The position numbers and the translations under genes were made by a program. DNA of 64,000 nt from Eukaryota sp. TZLM1-RC (Eukaryota; Protista; Metamonada: BaSk clade), in the NCBI GenBank assembly GCA_040285825.1, contig JAUPSS010000004.1:620001-684000 (forward strand), read 5' to 3'. The notes below the pieces were generated by a model. That model saw nothing but the letters and a program-made list of their open reading frames with translations, was not told where the DNA came from and searched no databases. This document shows, in pieces, positions 22,950 through 35,759 of this stretch; position 1 is the first letter of the stretch, and each line of letters starts with the position of its first letter.

Positions 22950-25325
22950 CTTTTTTGCTTTCGATCTCCTGTTGAAAGAAATTGTTCAAACATGTCAGGT
23001 CTGGTAATCTTGAAGTGGAAATATCAAAACAAATCATCAAGGTTGATTGTTTTGTTTAGCAATTCACAAAACTTGCATAATATTCAAAAATTCCTTCATT
23101 ATTAATGATTTTTGTTCCTTTTTTCAAGATGTTTAGACTTTAAAAATTGTTCTATCAAGAATTAAGTGCATCACGTTTAGTGGCTTTAACTAAACCTAAC
23201 GGAAAAGTTCACCCAATTGCTATTGGTGAAGCCATTTATCGACTGATGACATCTGTAATTTTGAACAGAATTTTATCAAAAGCTAAAGAATGCTTTCTTC
23301 CCTTCCAATATGGAATCAAAACCATAGATAAAGCTTCAGTTGCAACTTTAACAACTGATTTATTTTTTCATTGTAACGAAAATAATTGCATTTTTAATCT
23401 AGATTTCACAAATGCTTTTAATTCAGTGAAAAGAGGTTCAATTTGGAAAGAACTTAGGTCAAATTTTCCTGAACTCGAAACTTTTTTATAGGTTTTATGG
23501 TAATTCGTCTGTCTTAATTTTTAATTCTTTCAATCTTGACTCTTTAACAATTATTAAACAAGGAGACCCTTTAGGACTTTTCTTTTTCTGTCTTGAAATT
23601 CATCCAATTTTGAAAAAACTAAAAGAAGAAAATTCTGACCGTCAAGTGGTAGCCTATATGGATGACATTTCTTACATTGGTCCAGAAAGTACAATTCATA
23701 GAGTTGGTAATGAAGCTGCTACATCATACCAATCCATAGGTCTTGAGTTGAATGTTCAAAAATGTTTTTGTATTTCGAGAAAAAATGTTAGGTTAATAAT
23801 TAATTCACTGGAAGTACCATTTATTGATTGTACTTCAACTAATTTCTGCTTTCTTGGTTGTTATTTAGGTTCTGCCAACAGACACTTGATAGTCTTAATA
23901 ACTATTTAGATTCAATGAACAAAGAGCCTGCAGTCATTAAGACCCTTGAATTGGAAAAACATCTTCAGTTATTCTTTAGAAAAATATGCTGGAAGAATTA
24001 CCCATTTACTTCGATTACTTCCTCCTTCCCTAACGTACAATTTTTGTAGACAATTAAACAAAATACGTACAGATGTTTTGACTTATTTAATGTCAGTTGA
24101 TCCATCAAGTTTGCAAAATCATATTTTTCTGATGTTCAACATGGTGGTGTTGGTTTAAATTCATCAAAGTATTTGACCAAAACTGTTTTCATTGGTGGTG
24201 GATTTTTTTTGAATTTTCTAGAAGATATCATTTTGTCTAGAATCTTCTTGAAACCACAAATGGCCTATTGCTTGATAACGTGAGAGAAAAAGTATCCAGT
24301 TTATCTCCTGAATTATGGCAATCATGTTTCCCTATATCTATTCATGAAATATGAAATTGCAGAAAGAAGTTTGTTTTCTTTGAAATTTACGTGGAAAAAA
24401 ATGCAATGACATCTTTTGAAAAAATTGGAAAGCAAGGATTTTATTGTTTGACTTAGCACGGCTCAGCAAGAAAGTCCTGCTTTTCCTAATTATTTGATTG
24501 AATTGAAGGAGGGTTCATCTGCAGTTTTGTTGAATCAAATTCCCCAAAATTATGGATTATTTTTAAATGACGATCAGTGGACTACTACAATGAGAATGCG
24601 TTGTTTTTTGTGGCCCTATAATTTGCCCAATGATTTGTTTTGCAAATGTGTAGCTGGTTTGACACTATCACATTTATTCAATTGCAATTGATTTATTTCT
24701 TATAGTTCTACTTTGCATAATGCAGTCAGAGATCAAATACATGCAATGTCTAATTCCTATCATATTGAATCATTAGTAGAATTTTTGTTGAGTCTCTGGA
24801 TATAAATGAAAATGTCAGACATTCAAAATATGTAAAACGACGTGTTGATGTAGTTGTACCTTCATTTGATGATGTCTTGAATGTTGTTGATGTCGTAACA
24901 TTGAATGTTTTCAAGAAAATTGCTTTTTAGAAATGCACAGCCCGAAATACCCCTTGGTGATTCAGAATTGTATAAACGGAGAAAATATGCAAATCCTTTA
25001 AAAGAATTGAAACATGTTTGCCATGTAGATTACCAAATTTGCCCATTTGCTATATAGTTGTATGGACGTCTTTGAACAACAGCCAGAAATTTTATTGATG
25101 ATTTTGAAATTCTTGTAAAAAGAAGAATGAATAAGCGTTCTAATCGTCCTTTGTGGTTAAATCGTATTGTTTTTACTATTTTCAAATCAATTCCTGAAAT
25201 GATTTCCAAAGCTTTGATGTCTGCCATTGCACATTACGAAATAATTGCTGTTGTACGGTTTGATGGTGTGGAAGCTTGTTTTGAAGATATTGATTTCTAG
25301 ATTGCAGATTTAAAAATAAAAAAAA
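22950..25325 (+). mobile_element. Degenerate CRE/SLACS-like non-LTR retrotransposon (RT+RLE), family A
   Basis: LVALTKPNGKVHPIAIGE, FQYG, LDFTNAFNSV, KQGDPLG, YMDD, C-terminal Zn/RLE motifs. Many stops; A-rich 3' end. Confidence 0.85.
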
Positions 25326-25700
25326 GATTGTAGTAAAAAAAGGGAAATTGCATATTCAAGCCCAATTAGTACACTCTATAGTTTAATAACCACTTTCTTA
25401 GCTTTCATTAGAATTTGTGTCTTTCACGGTTATTGTATTTTGTTGTTTTCTCAAGATGAAATTGTAGCAAGCACAGTAACTCATTATAAACTTCATTATG
25501 TAGATTAAATTATTACACTTGCTATGTATCAGACGGACCCTAAATGAAAGACATGTTGACCGGAGTAATCACATAGAACAACCCGATCTGACAATTGACA
25601 TTGTTGAAACAAAAACAAACCTATCAACAATGATGCTATATTCCAACACATTAATGTTCGATTTACACATAAAACTATAATGAAGAGTAACGGCAGTATA

Positions 25701-26246
25701 CTAAATCACTCTACAACCGTCAGCTTTTCCAACAGATCGAGTGAATTTCTTGAAAATTGAGAGTCTTTTCCGAGTGGTTTGTTTTGGTGGGTACAAGTTC
25801 TCCACCTCTTCATCAGACTGTGGGTTTGGAATTTTGATAAAAGCACTGGGACTAATAATACAAGCAGAAGGGGAAAGATCGTTTTGGTGCTTCTTGGAAC
25901 CAGTGGGGAGATTCTTATCTCTGTGGCTAAACCTACATCTGTTACCGTAACAGCAGTAGCCTTGCCGGAAGAAAGAAAGGCACTTTTGGGTTCGGAACAG
26001 TGGGTGCACCTTTTTTGGTTGAAGTTCATCTGCTGAGTGAGCAAAGTTGCATAAACTTCCAAATTGACAATAGCCAGTCTCAAAAAAAGTTCTACACAGC
26101 TCAGTTCTCCAGTTTGGAGGTCGATTCGGATGAACTTGGTCTATTTCATTGCAAATATCGGATGAATAGTGGTTTCCTTCTAGCATGATTGGAAGGTCTA
26201 AAGGGCAGTTGCTTAAAATGGCAGTCAACAGTGCTTTTGAGGACAT
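25701..26246 (-). CDS. Tandem CCCH zinc-finger RNA-binding protein (TIS11/ZFP36 family)
   Basis: WRTELC-x8-C-x5-C-x3-H and FRTQKC-x8-C-x5-C-x3-H; C-terminal KRLSIFKKF resembling the family NOT1-binding motif. Confidence 0.9.
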   Translation of the reverse strand: MSSKALLTAILSNCPLDLPIMLEGNHYSSDICNEIDQVHPNRPPNWRTELCRTFFETGYCQFGSLCNFAHSADELQPKKVHPLFRTQKCLSFFRQGYCCYGNRCRFSHRDKNLPTGSKKHQNDLSPSACIISPSAFIKIPNPQSDEEVENLYPPKQTTRKRLSIFKKFTRSVGKADGCRVI

Positions 26247-26564
26247 TTCTACAGTGCATCTACAGTGAAAGATGTCTACTCGTCAAATGTCACAATTTAA
26301 AACTATTGTTGTACACCGATTTAGACTTTAGTTAACCCCAATAGTAGATTTAGACTCCAGTTAACCCCATTAGTTTGGCTGAACAATACCAGTTCATCGA
26401 ACAAAATGTTTGAATTTGTTACACTCGTTGTGAATCACATCTTCTGTGATTAAACTTGGATGTGTTGTTGGAAGGCATACTAGCTGTGCTTATAGGGTGT
26501 ATTGTGTGTCGCTGAAGAGTAAAGTTAATTCTCCTTAATACTATTCTATTTTTTTGTAACACAG

Positions 26565-27790
26565 AATTGATAGGCCTGGATTTTCACAAATCTAAATATC
26601 TGTGTGAAGCTGCATTTATCGGTGGAGGCAAAAATTTCGTTTTTGAATTTTTGAAACGTTTTCCTGAAAACCAACATTTAATAGAATGTTGTGTTAGTGA
26701 CTATTTAATGTCCTTGCAGAATGAAATTGAATGCATCTCTCCTCACATATGGTCCAAATGCTTTCCTGCTGATATTCAAGAAATTCCACCCATGAGTTTG
26801 ATTTCCTTGAAATTTGCATATGCTAAATTGCAGAAAAAAATATTAAAAGTTTTTGAAAACTTGGATTTCACTGTTCGCCTTAGCTTGGCTAAAGAAAAGA
26901 ATCCCGTTTTTGCAAACTTTTTAATTGATCTTAAGGAAAGTAGCTCAAGTTGTCTCATTTCCCAGATTCCAAATGTATATGGTTTATTATTAAATAATCA
27001 TCAATGGACAACTGCCTTCAGGATGAGGTGTTTTCTGTGGCCATGTAGTGTGCCAAATGATTTGATTTGTCGTTGTGGTCAGCTCATCAATCTGAATCAT
27101 TAATTTAATTGCAAAATTAATATTACATCGCTCAGTTGTTCACGATGCTGTTAGAGACCAACTATACGCTATGTGCAAAAGTCATCACATTGAAGCTTTT
27201 GTTGAACCACTTGTGCGAAGGTTGTCATCTGAAAATGAAGACGAAAATACTTTTGGGAAACGCCGTGCTGATTTAATAACCCCTGGGTCTGATGGTGTGA
27301 TCAAAGTTGTTGATGTTGTCACTGTTGATGTTTGTAAAGACTCAGCAATTGATTTTGCTAAAAAGAATGAAACTCCACTTTGCTTTGCTGAAAAGAGCAA
27401 AATCAAAAAGTACAATGAACACTTATCTCAGCTAGGACGTGTTGAGCATGTCAAGTATCAGCTGGTTCCATTTGCTGTTCCTCTTTTTGGTAACATTGGA
27501 ATATCTGGCATCAAATTTCTCGAAGGTTTCAGAAGTTTAATAAAAGAAAGAGCAGGAAAAGAATTAAACTTCAATTTCTGGCACAATAGAATTGTTATTA
27601 GAATTGTTAGTATTCTTAAAGCAATTCCAGAAATGTTGACCAAAGCACTGTTACAATTAGGATTAGAGTATGAAAATCGCGTGCTTAAAAGATTTGATGA
27701 TGTTGATGCGTGTATTGAGGATATTGAGTTCTAGTTTATTTTGTTTAATGATTTGTTAGCGTTGAAAATAAATTTCAATTGTAAAAAAAC
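26565..27790 (+). mobile_element. 5'-truncated CRE-like non-LTR retrotransposon (post-RT, Zn finger and RLE)
   Basis: CRCG..H..NC, HDAVRD, VEP, RRADL, VVDV, AEKSKIKKY; A-rich tail. Confidence 0.85.
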
Positions 27791-29379
27791 TATTCTTTAT
27801 AAAGGTACTCACTAGTGAGATTGCCACAGATCAACACAATTGATTGTGTCTACTATACAATATGGTTATAACTACAGTTGCCACTGGTGTGACGTTGCCT
27901 TAAGGTTTTGTTTTAGTTTGTTGAACTGTTTTGATCGCTTTACAGTTGTGTTAATTCAAAATGCTGATTCATTTTTTGAATTGTCAAATTTGACAGTTGC
28001 TAGGAAGTTCACAACTTTGATAGACTAAAGATAGATCTATATATTGATAGATTAAAATGAATTTTATATATGACAGTGTTTAGTTCAAATCAGTACAAAT
28101 CCTTGTTGAAATCTGAAACACAATTCAAAATATTGACTTGACTTACATGGGTGAATTAGTGTTTATTAATTATATATTCACGTTATTGAACTCTGTATGA
28201 ACTTGAACCCAATTTCCAAATGCAAAATGATCTACAAATAACATTCTTGCAAGCACAATGAAAAAATTCATTCACCATCCCACTGATTTATAATAGAAAA
28301 TAACAGCTTTTGTATGATTTCTCTTATTGAAATTTTGATCAATTATGATGCCTAGAAGTGCCGATTTCAATGCCTCGATTGAACTCCACTTCTACTCCAA
28401 ATTTTGCACTGTTGGAGTCGAGTTTGAGTTTCACAAAATCTTCACCAGTAAGTCGAGTTTGAATGAAAATCATTCCAGTCTCTCACCTTAAATAACTCTA
28501 TGTATCAAATTGTAGTAAACAATTTTATATACAAACATTGAAACATACTAGTAAATCAAATTATCAGTGATGGTTGTTTTATTATTATTCTTTATTCTAT
28601 TATTTCATTATTTAAGTAGTTTCAACAAGCATAAAGGTATCTTTATTCAAACACAAAATTGATTACAATACTCAATACTATATAATTTTTGCTCAAGTTG
28701 CTCCTCACATTTCAATATGAGGGCGGATGAAGTGGACAAGTACTCTTTTACAAGAAAAGAGTGGATAATTTTCTTCAATAGAATCAAATCTCAATAGCGG
28801 ACACCTGATGATTCTAGGGACAATTACAGTATTATAAACAAGAACAACATTCAAACAAAAATCGTTATCTACAGAATTTTCATAAATTTATTGATGTGAA
28901 GATTACCATCACTTCCACCAACTGTCCAAAACCCACAGTATGACAATCATTACAAGGGTCACCGTTTCTTAGTAGAAATTTGGTAACTGTCACCTCATAT
29001 TATAAAGAAGAATATCACAATAGGGACAGGTTTCTTAGTGAACAACAGAACTTTTTCTTTGTTGATAACCACATGAAAGATTCAGTCAGTCATGAATGGA
29101 GTCTGTGAGTGACTTGAGTTGGATCGGAGTTGAGTTGAAGTTTGGAATTTTTTGTGTGGAGCAGTAAAACTTTCGAGTTAATATTTTGCAATTGATTGTT
29201 TGCTCAATACATAATTCTTGTGACTAAGACCAATTGTTGCAACCAATATAATGTTTGAGCTCTAACCTAATATATATATGACCAGAGTATAACACTTCTT
29301 TTAGTCAAAATGTAGTATTTATTGTTCTATTCAAAAACAAGGTATCGGCATTCAAAATTGAAATTTTTCTTACTACCAT

Positions 29380-30524
29380 TCACCCATCCAAAGAACCCAA
29401 AATTTGAAGAATATGGTCAATATTTGGTCTATCAGAAACTTTATTCCTCATGCAGTCCTTGATCAAGTGTACAAGTACTTGTGGTACATTCCCTGAAAAA
29501 TTCAAACTTGTTTCTTGATATTTTGCCCCTAAAAGGGTGAATTGATTATGTCCCTTGAATGCAACGTCATTTGTTAGTAATTCATATACTAGAACCCCAA
29601 TAGAATAAATATCACTTTCTATTACTGGTTCCTCATTTAATACCTCCAAAGATGCTTATTTGGCAGTATAAGCGTTAACACTCGGTAGTATAAAATTTGA
29701 AGCAATAACCCTGGATGTACCAAAAACACCAAGTATTATTTGGCCATTTACTGTTAAAACATTATCAGGTTTAATATCACCATGAATGATGCACCTTGAT
29801 TGAAGAAATTTCAATGTACAACAAATGTTTTTGGCTATGGTTAAACTATTATTACCCAATGGAGAAGGAATTTGAAGCTTACCATCTGCTTTTTCCATTA
29901 CAATTCCAATTTAGTCATTTAAATAGGTAATTCCAAATACACGGAATAGACAGGGATAATTAAGCTTAACGAAAAATCCAGTTTCTTTTTTTGATTTTGC
30001 TCTTCCTTCATTGATAATATCTACTATTTTAACAGCAACGTCAAGGGAAAGCCATTGAGTTGCATAAACTGTAGCAAACCCTCCTTGGCCATGTTTTCTG
30101 TTGTAATTGATAATAAGCTATGACGAGTCTATAACTGGACAGGACATGTTTTCTGAAATAAAATTGGTTTTGGAGTCTTTAATTAATTGGTCAATTAATA
30201 ATTTTAAATCATTATTTGTTTGAGTTCTCTGTTGCAAAATTTCGGATGATTCAGCATTTGAGATTCTTAATTGGTGAATTTCTTGACCCTTCTGTTCCAA
30301 TTGTCGATGGTATTCAATTCAGAATTAATTTGCTCCAATTGAGAGTAATTGGGTTGTAATTTGGCAAGTTCAGAACTTTCTCTCTCTAAGTTGGTATTCA
30401 ATTCAGAATTAATTTGCTCTAATTGAGAGTAATTGGACTGTAAATTGGCAAGTTCAGAACTTTCTCTCTCTAAGTTGGTATTCAATTCAGAATTAATTTG
30501 CTCTAATTCAGAGTAATTGGACTG
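29380..30524 (-). pseudogene. Coiled-coil plus TKL kinase pseudogene, paralog of the gene at 61207-63114
   Basis: Fragments GQGGFATVY, VAVK, IIHGDIKPDNVL, SDIYSIG, RPNIDHI in several frames with stops. The 5' end abuts the Fanzor remnant. Confidence 0.75.
30309..30524 (-). repeat. 84-bp (28 aa, four heptads) tandem repeat, about 2.6 copies
   Basis: GGTATTCAATTCAGAATTAATTTGCTC at 30309, 30393 and 30477. Confidence 0.85.
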
Positions 30525-30525
30525 T

Positions 30526-31094
30526 CCAATTGGTTTTCTATTCTTATGTTGCTTCCAAGCTGACAAACATGACATTTACATTTGAATACTACTGTTAAAT
30601 GATATGGCGCATTCAAAAAAATGCAAAGATATGTCCATCATCAGAAAACAGAGGCTAAGTTATCAAAAAGAATGGCTGAGAAGCAATGGAAGCAAGAAGA
30701 CACTATCCTAATGTTTGGTGACAATGGCAATAAGAGAAAGAATTTGAAGCATCATCGATCAAGTAGAGGAGTTGGATGGAGAAATTACTTTAAGAGAAAT
30801 GGTTACACCGTATGTTTAGTCGATGAGAGAAACACATTTTTAAAGTTTCCAACTAGTTATAACCCAGTAAATGTATTTCTTGATGTTTAGAATCTTAGAC
30901 CATGGATGAGAGAGAAGTATCCTTCTGTGAAATGTCATGCTTTGTTAAGATGTGGATCTTATGTTTGTAGAGAAGAATGTGATGGAAAAGATAAGCTGTG
31001 GAATCGTAACAAGTTAGCATGTATCAACATCAAGGCAATTGTAGATTATTTTGTAGAGGATAGTGTTGGTGATAGGCCTTCATATTGGTCTTAA
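30526..31094 (+). pseudogene. C-terminal remnant of a second Fanzor1 subfamily
   Basis: ILMFGD..RGVGWRNYFKRNGYTVCLVDERNT (RuvC-II), RPW..CHALLRC..C, LWNRNKLACINI (RuvC-III, D replaced by N), RPSY. In-frame TAG at 30888-30890; RuvC-I missing. Confidence 0.8.
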
Positions 31095-31290
31095 GTTATA
31101 GCTTTTTACTACAGTGAATCTGTAGCATTTTTGAAATTTTTCCATTTGCATTGGAATGTCGTTTGTGAGGATTTGAGGAATTGATATTCGGTGAATTTTT
31201 GTCTAATTTACAGAAATTCTTAAAACAAAAATTCACACAAAATCATTAAAACAGTAGGCCATCGACGTGGTTGTCCAATGGAAACCTATA
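31095..31290 (+). ncRNA. Candidate omegaRNA remnant of the second Fanzor
   Basis: Hairpin CTACAG-tgaat-CTGTAG (31109-31125). Outer stem TTTCCA..TTGGA/TCCAATGGAAA (about 31139-31284). Perfect inner 12-bp inverted repeat GTGAATTTTTGT/ACAAAAATTCAC (31191-31202 and 31225-31236). Confidence 0.5.
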
Positions 31291-32292
31291 ATCAAGAAAG
31301 TTGGTACCTAAAAACTACTGTCAAATAAATTTGTTAGAAAACTTTTCAAACTGAGAAACACCAAATCATTTATTTAAGACAATGAAATATCACTAATTCT
31401 AGAAAATACTTATTATGACTCCTATTTAATTAATCTTCTTGCATATATTCCTTCGATTTCTTAACTGGTGCTAAACGTGACCTTCCGGATTAGGAAAGTA
31501 TCACGTTATTAAAGATTTAAATATGCTATTGTTCTACTTTATGTTGATTTCTTATATCTTGTTGATAAATGTCTTTTCTATTTGCTGCTTTTTATGTACA
31601 TTGCATGAATGTAAGAAATTCGGGTCTATGAAGTCATACACATCGAAACTGTTGTTGAACCTTCACTGGCTGTTTTCAAGAAAAGCAGTTTAGACCCGGT
31701 GTAAAAGGGGGGAATTATGTACTTGAACTCGAGTAGCTTCACTTCTTAATCTCAAAGTCCAACTTTCATAAGCAACGTGCAATTCTAAATATTATATATA
31801 AAAGTATTCTTAATTATCATATTCCAACTTTTGTTTCAACAATTGTGAAAGCAATTGAAAGCAGTGCTTTTTGAGTTCAATTGATTGATTTGTGTTGACA
31901 AATTAGTTCAATGCGGAAGTGTGACAACTTATCCAGTAACAACGGTACAAGAAGGCTTTTTAATAGAAACAAGGCACCAAGTTTAAAAGTGTTTGGGTTA
32001 GATGCCAGAATGAATGATAATGTAAGGTCTCGGAGTCACGTACTAGATAGTGACACCTTTTGTGTTATTTTACACAAAAATGTAAATCATTGTGAGCAAT
32101 GGAGACTTGATTGTATTTTTGATAATCTAAAATTAAAAAACATTAAGAATTTAGAAAATTGCTATTGATATTGATCAATCCATCACATGCTGGAATAATA
32201 TTCATCAGTATTATGTTCTCAGTTTAACACATTTTCTCTATGTAATATGTCACATTTCAAAAGAAATAGCTTTATTTCTTGCAGGGATTTTA

Positions 32293-32669
32293 TGTTCACA
32301 CCCCCGACTGATCATTACCACTCTTAAAATACAGTTGTTGAATTAAAAGGGGGGTTCCATATGCCACCCACCGTGGTGGACGACAATGGATCTGCGTGTA
32401 GTATCTGGGGGAATGGCTGGACAGGCAATTCTCGGAAGGTATAAGACAAGGAAGGCAAAGCCCGAAGGCTTTCTGGGGGCCCATGTATGTAGTATCTAAT
32501 GCTCAAAGACCGACCAAACCTTTGACTCAAGGGGATGGATACATAGTAATGGAATTGTAGATTTTCTTTACTTGAATAAGGTTCGCAGATCGCACAAGTA
32601 GGTTCGTAGATGTTCAATATTTACTTATTTTGTTCAATTTTTATTATTTTATTTATTTATTTTGTAACA
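32293..32669. other. GC-rich non-coding island: possible solo LTR of another family, or a structured RNA
   Basis: Starts TGTTCACA and ends TGTAACA. Contains TATAAG, two TGTAGTATCT motifs and several hairpins (AAAGCCCGAAGGCTTT). No clean TSD. Confidence 0.3.
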
Positions 32670-33344
32670 TTTTTTACCCACATTCTTTGTTTGTTGGCTG
32701 TTAGTTTTACTCCCCAAATATCCCGCACTGATCGTCCACAGAAAAATGTGAATTTTTGATGAGCTCGAGCCCATAAAAACAAAGATCAGTAGTCCCATGT
32801 ATAACTTTGAAGAACTTTCTTATTGTTGAAATTAGTGGAGCTAATATATTCAGTGTCCAAATCAAGATTTTTGCTTTTTAAAATTGAAAACTTTGTGTGT
32901 TTCAAGAATTCGTACTAAAATGAGCAATGACTTTGCATTTATGATATTATAAACAAAATACATTCACCGTACTTGAGGTCAATTTGCTCGAATTACACAT
33001 TTACTATTGAAAGTTTATATAGACCTTTTCTCATAATTTTAAACTAGTAATGACAACTACCTAGCAACATTTCTTTGAAAAGTATTGACCGTTGCTTCTG
33101 TACCTGACAGTAAAATGTCATGTAATGACTGAAAATGTGGACGTAGATAAACATGTGAATACTCAATTTTCACAACTTACTACTGTGCATTGATTTAAAA
33201 ATCACTGAATACAACAAAGGTTCTATACAGTGGTGATGTTATAGAAAATGTATTAATTATATTTCCAATGTTGAACACAGTGAAATTGAAAAGTAGGAGA
33301 TTTTGATATCAGATGTTAATTTTATCAATATCGAACTTAATGAA

Positions 33345-34375
33345 ATTATTATTTTATTTACTACGTAATAACAAAACAAAACAAACTAATACACATAAGA
33401 AACAAAATTCTTCACATCAGCGTTTGTTGAATCCTTTTAGAGCTTGGACATCATTAAATTCCAATACTTGGGAACACTTCTATACAAAGCAAAAATGACA
33501 CGATTCTTCCATAAATACCCAGCAAAATTCTTACCATTTGAACGACAAAGAATATCAAAATCATTGAGAAAATTCAAACCAGACTGACCAATATTACTAT
33601 CGAGAAGGCAAAAGGAACAAAAGAAAACTTCGATTAAAGGTTCTTATTTAAATCATTCAATAACTCATCTTATTTGTCTCTTTTACGATCCTCAACCTTG
33701 TTTAAATGACCATTAGCACTAAGTAAAACATCATCACGATAAATTAAAGCACAGGGATCAACAGTAGTAAACTCAACAACAACTTGAGAGGAATCCACAA
33801 AAGGAGCAATGAAATCACCTCGACGTGAATCAAACAAATTATTATCGCTATAATGCTTCAACAAGGGTTCTATCTTGCAACTGAAGTTGTAACACTTAAA
33901 CATTTCGAACGTCAAATCACGAACAGCATTATGAAGAACTGACCGATATTGAAGAAACTTCTTACAACTCACAATATGACAAAAATTGGCAGACAATTTT
34001 TCATTGCAAATACAAGTAGAATTATCTAAAAGTCCACTTAACAACAACCCTTACCTCAAACGCGTTTTTGTTTCCAACCTTCATTTGTTAAGTGAAGACC
34101 AAATGGCCTTGGTTGCTGAGAAATTAAACTAGTGCAATTTTGAATGTTTGACAAAAAGGCAGCAAAGACGGGATTATTAATCTTAGTCACACTAAGTCGT
34201 TTAGAAAAATCCATTTCTTCAAAACCAGTTAAAACACACTTCTGTAATTTCACAACAGCAAGATGAAGATTAGACATAGATCTCGAAGGTACAGAAGGCA
34301 AACTTGATGGAAAACACTTATTCCACACATCATTAGGCAAATTTTTCACCTTGTTTTCGAGAGACTTCAATAAAT
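33345..34375 (-). mobile_element. 5'-truncated CRE-like element, family B
   Basis: CICN..HIVSC, HNAVRD, IEP, RRGDF, EDRKRDK. Same 3' end as the copy at 5352. Confidence 0.8.
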
Positions 34376-34397
34376 TAATGAAATATAAATAAATCAA

Positions 34398-35759
34398 ATG
34401 CAACCCCTCAACATCACTACAGTTTCCTCCCTTAAAGGCCTAAACGCTGTTGATGTTGCCACAAGTAAGTCCTCTGAAAGCTCATCTTACACCCTTCAAC
34501 CACATGAATCTCTCAGCTTCACCCCTTTTGATATTGTCATAAACTTTGGTCAGTCCATCTCCTCGCTCTCTGTCAATCAAGTCCTTCACTGCGGTGAACT
34601 CCTATTCGCTGTAACCTCCTCCCTCTCTGATCATCATTACTCCTCCTCCTGCTCCCACGAACCTTTCCTCAGTCTCCGTGTTTACTCCATCAACACTGAT
34701 ACCTTCATTCCGTCCCTTTATTGCTCCTACACACTTCCCCATGGTTGTCCACGTCTTGTATCCTGGTATAACGGTAAACTAGTGGTCGTTTTGGGTAACG
34801 GTGATTTAATAGTCTTATCAGTACCAATCAAACCCCAATCGGAAACTGATTACAATCAACATGTCATACATCACGTCACCAATGAGTCACCAGCCACAGG
34901 GTTTAGGTCATTGTACACATCTGATTATATCATTACTGGAACTGATGATGGTAGAGTAATATTAATGAATTTACCAGTTGATGACGTCACTGTTGACGTG
35001 GCAAGAAGAAGTGGTGACGTCGTCAAACCAATTTCAACACTTCATTGCATTGTTTTGAACGTTGCAGAATCACCAGTCACGTCATTAACACGTCACGATG
35101 ACGTGGCAGATCACGTCGTCATATGCGCTGGCTCTTATGATGGTTCTATTCACTTAATTAATTGCTCAGAGCCATACCGTACTAAAACAAAATTAGGCCA
35201 GGATCCCATAACTAGTCTCTGTTGGCCAAATAACTCAATTGCACCAATAGCAAGCTCTAGCTTGGGTTTTACTAATGTTATTGAAGGTAGAAAAAGGTTT
35301 GTTATTAAGAATGGCGGTGGTTTGAGCTGTATGTGTAGTGCTGACGCCATGCTGATGTGGCAGTATGGTGACGTGATGAATGACCAAATGGGGGTCAATG
35401 ATCAGTTAATTTCTGTTTTTGGTGGTGGTGTTGATGGTTTTTTGCGATTTCTGGCAACACGACGAGTAAAGTCTAAGGGTTCTAGTAATTTTAATGGAAT
35501 TTTCACAGCAGTTGGGAGAAGTCTTGAGAAGTCAGATCAATATTTGACCGTTTGCTTTGACCGTTTAAGACCAACTGGGTTTAGTGTGCCTAGTGTAAAG
35601 AATAGCAGAGTAGGTCATTTGTTGAAGGTCAAAAATGGTCAAGATCAAAATAATATTGACCCTTTAATGTGGACTAGCGTTGACTCTGTTGTTTTACAAG
35701 ATGCATGTTTAGTTGTGGGAGTTGCTGGTCAAATGGGTAGAATTTTCGTTTGCAAATAA
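34398..35759 (+). CDS. WD40-like beta-propeller protein (possibly TFIIIC subunit 2/Tfc6-like)
   Basis: 453-aa ORF with WD-like segments VLGNGDLIVLSVP, ITGTDDGRVIL, CAGSYDGSIHL, GGGVDGFLRF. The subtype is a guess from motif order. Confidence 0.65.
   Translation: MQPLNITTVSSLKGLNAVDVATSKSSESSSYTLQPHESLSFTPFDIVINFGQSISSLSVNQVLHCGELLFAVTSSLSDHHYSSSCSHEPFLSLRVYSINTDTFIPSLYCSYTLPHGCPRLVSWYNGKLVVVLGNGDLIVLSVPIKPQSETDYNQHVIHHVTNESPATGFRSLYTSDYIITGTDDGRVILMNLPVDDVTVDVARRSGDVVKPISTLHCIVLNVAESPVTSLTRHDDVADHVVICAGSYDGSIHLINCSEPYRTKTKLGQDPITSLCWPNNSIAPIASSSLGFTNVIEGRKRFVIKNGGGLSCMCSADAMLMWQYGDVMNDQMGVNDQLISVFGGGVDGFLRFLATRRVKSKGSSNFNGIFTAVGRSLEKSDQYLTVCFDRLRPTGFSVPSVKNSRVGHLLKVKNGQDQNNIDPLMWTSVDSVVLQDACLVVGVAGQMGRIFVCK

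Noticed and set aside
28335-29352. Possible old TIR element (GTGCCGAT...ATCGGCAT, with GAGTT/ACTCC subterminal motifs)
   Set aside because: The TIR is short and imperfect, and there is no TSD.
30309-30524. 84-bp repeats next to the Fanzor remnant as a CRISPR-like or guide array
   Set aside because: No unique spacers; the repeat encodes coiled-coil heptads of the neighbouring kinase pseudogene.
32370-32560. U2 snRNA gene call
   Set aside because: Only the branch-recognition core matches; helix Ib and the Sm site are not evident. Kept only as a finding to test.
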